A stretch of DNA of 64,000 nt from Octopus vulgaris (taxonomy: Eukaryota): positions 58,342,001 to 58,406,000 of the forward strand of contig OX597826.1 of NCBI GenBank assembly GCA_951406725.2, read 5' to 3'. The position numbers and the translations under genes are program-made. Below the pieces are notes generated by a model that saw only the letters and a program-made list of their open reading frames with translations, ran no database searches and was not told where the DNA came from. How positions within the stretch are numbered: position 1 is the stretch's first letter; every line of letters begins with the position of its first letter. This document shows, piece after piece, positions 60,179 to 64,000 of the stretch.

Positions 60179-61260
60179 CAGGGGTTGGACAAAATAATGG
60201 AAACACCTTAAAATTTCAAACAAATTTATTTTAATATCGGGTAGGGTCACACTTAGCAGTAATTACAGCTTAAATTCTTCGAGCTATGGGCTCGTACAAG
60301 GTTTCAATTGATTCCAAAGATATTTCTGTCCAGTCTTCAGTTCTTGTAGTGATGATGGTAGAGGATATCAACTCCTTACTTTTTTTTCTAAAATGCACCA
60401 TAAATGTTCAATAATACTGAGATCTGGGGACTGTGGTGGCCAGGTAAGATGTTCAACTTCACTAAAAAGTTCCTCGTGCCATTCAGTAACAACTTTAGCT
60501 GTGTGAATTGGTGCATTACCATCCTGAAAGATTGCGTTTCCCTCTGGAAACAGTTTCGCAACTTAGGAAGAATTTGATCAGATAATATGCTTAAATAATA
60601 TTGGCTATTAATTATGGCAGGAAGGGAAACTATTGGACCGGCGGATTTCAAAGATATAGCACTCCCACCAGATCATCACAGATCCTCCTCCATGTTTAAT
60701 AGTTGGAAGAAGGCAGTCTGGATCAAATGCTTCTTTTGGCTGTCTCCACAAGTATAGTCGGTCGGTGGTTGGAAATAAGGTAAAGGATGACTCGTTCGGG
60801 AAAACATTCTTCCACTGTTCTAGGGACTGATTCTGTAGGTTTTTTACTCCACTCTAAACGCTTTACAACGTCTGTTTTTGAAAGTAGTGGTTTTCTGATT
60901 ACAGCCCTCCCGTAATCTCTTTGTGCAGCTCCCAGCTACTAGTTTTTGTGGAAACTGGGTTCTCGAAGTGGTCATTAAGCTCTGCAGTAATTTTGGGAAC
61001 TGTACTTTTGTGATCCTTTCTAACACTTCGCATAAGAATCCGACGGTCCCTATCTGAAAGTTTTGGTTTTCTTCCGGAGTGTTTCGACGAGGAGGTTTTT
61101 CCCTCTTTCTCAAAGGCTGTCATTACTTTCGAGACAGTACTTCTTGATACACCAAACATTTTGGTTGTTTTCGTTACGCTAACACCTGACATACGAGCAC
61201 CAACAATTTGACCTATTTGAAAGTCCGACAGATCTGTCATTTTAATGAATTTTAATTACC
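60179..61260 (-). mobile_element. decayed Tc1-like element with DD36E spacing; one TIR visible
   Basis: MTDLSDFQIGQIVGARMSGVSVTKT...GRKPKLSDRDRR; NESSFTLFPT; KHGGGSVMIW; FQDGNAPIHTAK...WPPQSPDLSIIEHLW; TIR TA|CAGGGGTTGGACAAAATAATGGAAACACC. Confidence 0.92.
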
Positions 61261-61939
61261 TTTTCTAATGATATCTGAAAAGGAACAGCAATTTTAGCGA
61301 AACATAACGCACTGCCCAGAGTAGGAATTGAACCCACGACATTATCATTATGAAACAAGCAACATAAGCATAAGTTTATGCGTGTGCAGAAATGTGGTGG
61401 TGCAAACAAACCCTACAAAACCTAGACTGACGAAGTCGGCAGAATCAGAGATTATTGTCAAGAAGGATCAGAAACCCCACCGCCACCATCTCCTAATCGT
61501 CAGGACATGTCAAACGGATGGCAATTTATTTGCACTCCCATGATAACAATAAATGTGCGTATTTTTTACTTGACCTTCATTGCTACGAATGCTTAGACTA
61601 AATTGACGTCAGCTTAGCAACACTCGGAATATCTCCAAAAATCTATTGTTTGTTCTTTCCCATATATAGTAGCGAAACTCTGACTTAGCTCTAGAGGATC
61701 TAGACAACAGATGACTCTGAAGGGGCAAAAGCACACCGAAACGTCGTGTATGCCAAATGGGTGATATTAATTTATAGCTTGGTTTGATTTGTCTTTAAAT
61801 ACAAAGTCTATCGAGACTTAGTTTTCGCTTAGACAAGATCCTGCAGCAAAATCTTTACACTTTCAGGAGTGTATCCTGAAAATAATGTACACATACTTAT
61901 GCATACATGAGTACACACAAACACACACACACACACACT

Positions 61940-61981
<42 letters not shown>

Positions 61982-62018
61982 CATACACACACACACACAC
62001 ACAGACATATATATGTAT

Positions 62019-62063
<45 letters not shown>

Positions 62064-62153
62064 TATATATATGTATATATATATGATATAGAGAGAGAGA
62101 GAATATATATACATACACATATACATGCATGTATGTATATATATATTTATGTA

Positions 62154-62199
<46 letters not shown>

Positions 62200-62948
62200 T
62201 AGATATATTAATATATATACATATATAACTATGTGTGTGTATAAATATGTATCTTTCTCTCCCCCTCTCTCTCTATATATATACATACTTACAGGCATGT
62301 ATGTATATACATAAACATATACCAATTTTCAAACACCTTCGTAGCCATAGATTTCAATGCCACTATGAAGATATGAAATCTAAGCAAAAATATATGATAA
62401 AATTTTTAATACATGAGAAAAAGGAAATAAATTACTAGGATACGAAATTATGTAAAACCTCTCATAAATATTCATTTAAGAAATAATGAGCAAATATTTT
62501 AACAATTAATTGAAAATTATTTTATAGAGGAAATGAGCAAAAAATATTACGCATGGATGTATGTATATATACTTTCCTATGTTAACGTAGATATGTACTA
62601 ATGCATGTCATGTATGCAATTATATATATATATAGATAGATAGAGATACATACATACATACATATATATATAATATATATACCGAGTGTTTCACTATAAA
62701 ACAAATTGCACACAATCAGTAGCAATATTCTTATACATTCATATACACAGAATCACACACATACACATGTATACATACATGCATCATACAAGCAGATATG
62801 CACACACTAAAAGACACAGAAAGATATAGTTATGTGGGAGTCATCACTTGCCATATTTTTGTCGCCTGAAGGATCGCGTGTTGCGAGACACTTTGAGTAG
62901 GTACAGAGCCAAATCATCAGTTTCGACCGAATATATATATATATATAC

Positions 62949-63008
<60 letters not shown>

Positions 63009-63300
63009 CACACATGCATACATATATATAATGTACCTACGCATGTATGTATATAACGGTACATCGATATATGTGCATCTACGTATTTGTCTATATACAT
63101 ACTAGTATACGAAGAAACGTACTGACAAACACTCAAACACAAACACATATATATATACACTCAAACATGTGTAAGGACCACCAGCTACTTTCTGACAAAA
63201 ATATAATTTTGGCATGACACGCAATAAGAAATAAATTAAGCTTAGATACATGTATATATATATGTATGTATGTATATGTATGTATGTATGTATATATATT

Positions 63301-63331
<31 letters not shown>

Positions 63332-63364
63332 GTATATATATGTGTATAAATTTATAAAAATATG

Positions 63365-63407
<43 letters not shown>

Positions 63408-63916
63408 GCACATATATATACATATATATGCATATATACATATGCATATATGTATATTTGCGTATATATATGCATATGTATATGTATACATACATGCATA
63501 TATATATATATGCACATATATATACATATATATATGTATGTATGGACATACATTTCAATGCATGTATGTAATAGCATATGCACGTATGTATATATGTTTG
63601 TACACACACAAGCACACATACACACACACCCTTACATGTATATATGAATAAATGAACAAGACGGAAGTGTGAAAAAATACCCAAAATCAGTCAAATTTTA
63701 AAAAAGAACACCATTTGTATATATATGTGAGTGTGTGTGTATGCATATATATATTAGTGTGTGTATGTGCATGCATGTATGTATGTATATATATAAACTG
63801 TTTAACAGAAATTTTCATCGTCCATTTTTGAGTGGGACAAATTATTCCTTGTGTGTTCTAATTGAGTTGGAAACGTCCCAGTATGATAACCCCAGGAGAA
63901 ATATAGGAAGAGAGGG

Positions 63917-63994
<78 letters not shown>

Positions 63995-64000
63995 ACACAC

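Noticed and set aside
61328-61543. 71-aa ORF as an exon
   Set aside because: No recognisable domain or convincing splice sites; lies among transposon relics
62820-62930. Further hammerhead-like boxes (GAAACTGATGA, GTGATGA) on the minus strand
   Set aside because: Could not build consistent helices; too decayed to call

Overview
Eukaryotic, gene-poor, extremely repeat-rich animal DNA. The SINE repertoire and microsatellite density resemble an octopus/coleoid cephalopod genome (inference). Almost all ORFs in the track are artefacts of simple repeats. Contents: (1) a ~9.7 kb composite satellite of 5-, 9-, 22- and 59-bp units that truncates a mariner relic and switches strand, twice exactly at an internal palindrome; (2) dozens of SINE, LINE, Tc1/mariner, hAT, Helitron and MITE relics among microsatellites, including a ~2.6 kb (AAT)n; (3) a ~7.8 kb duplication around a 100-N gap, probably two haplotypes, with a Helitron insertion in only one copy; (4) one plausible terminal coding exon (58579-58772, minus strand). 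Main finding: three diverged Penelope-like non-coding elements (23.1, 26.4, 35.9 kb) each carry the hammerhead-ribozyme boxes (NUH, GAAA, CUGANGA; GAAA mutated in one) next to the correct, covarying helices. The strand order (III-UH-I / II'-GAAA-III' / I'-CUGANGA-II) matches none of types I, II or III, so this is a candidate pseudoknotted, permuted hammerhead. A G3-C8 compensatory-core hammerhead candidate sits in a 121-bp-arm hairpin at 30.1 kb. All alignments and folds were done by eye; no database search was run.
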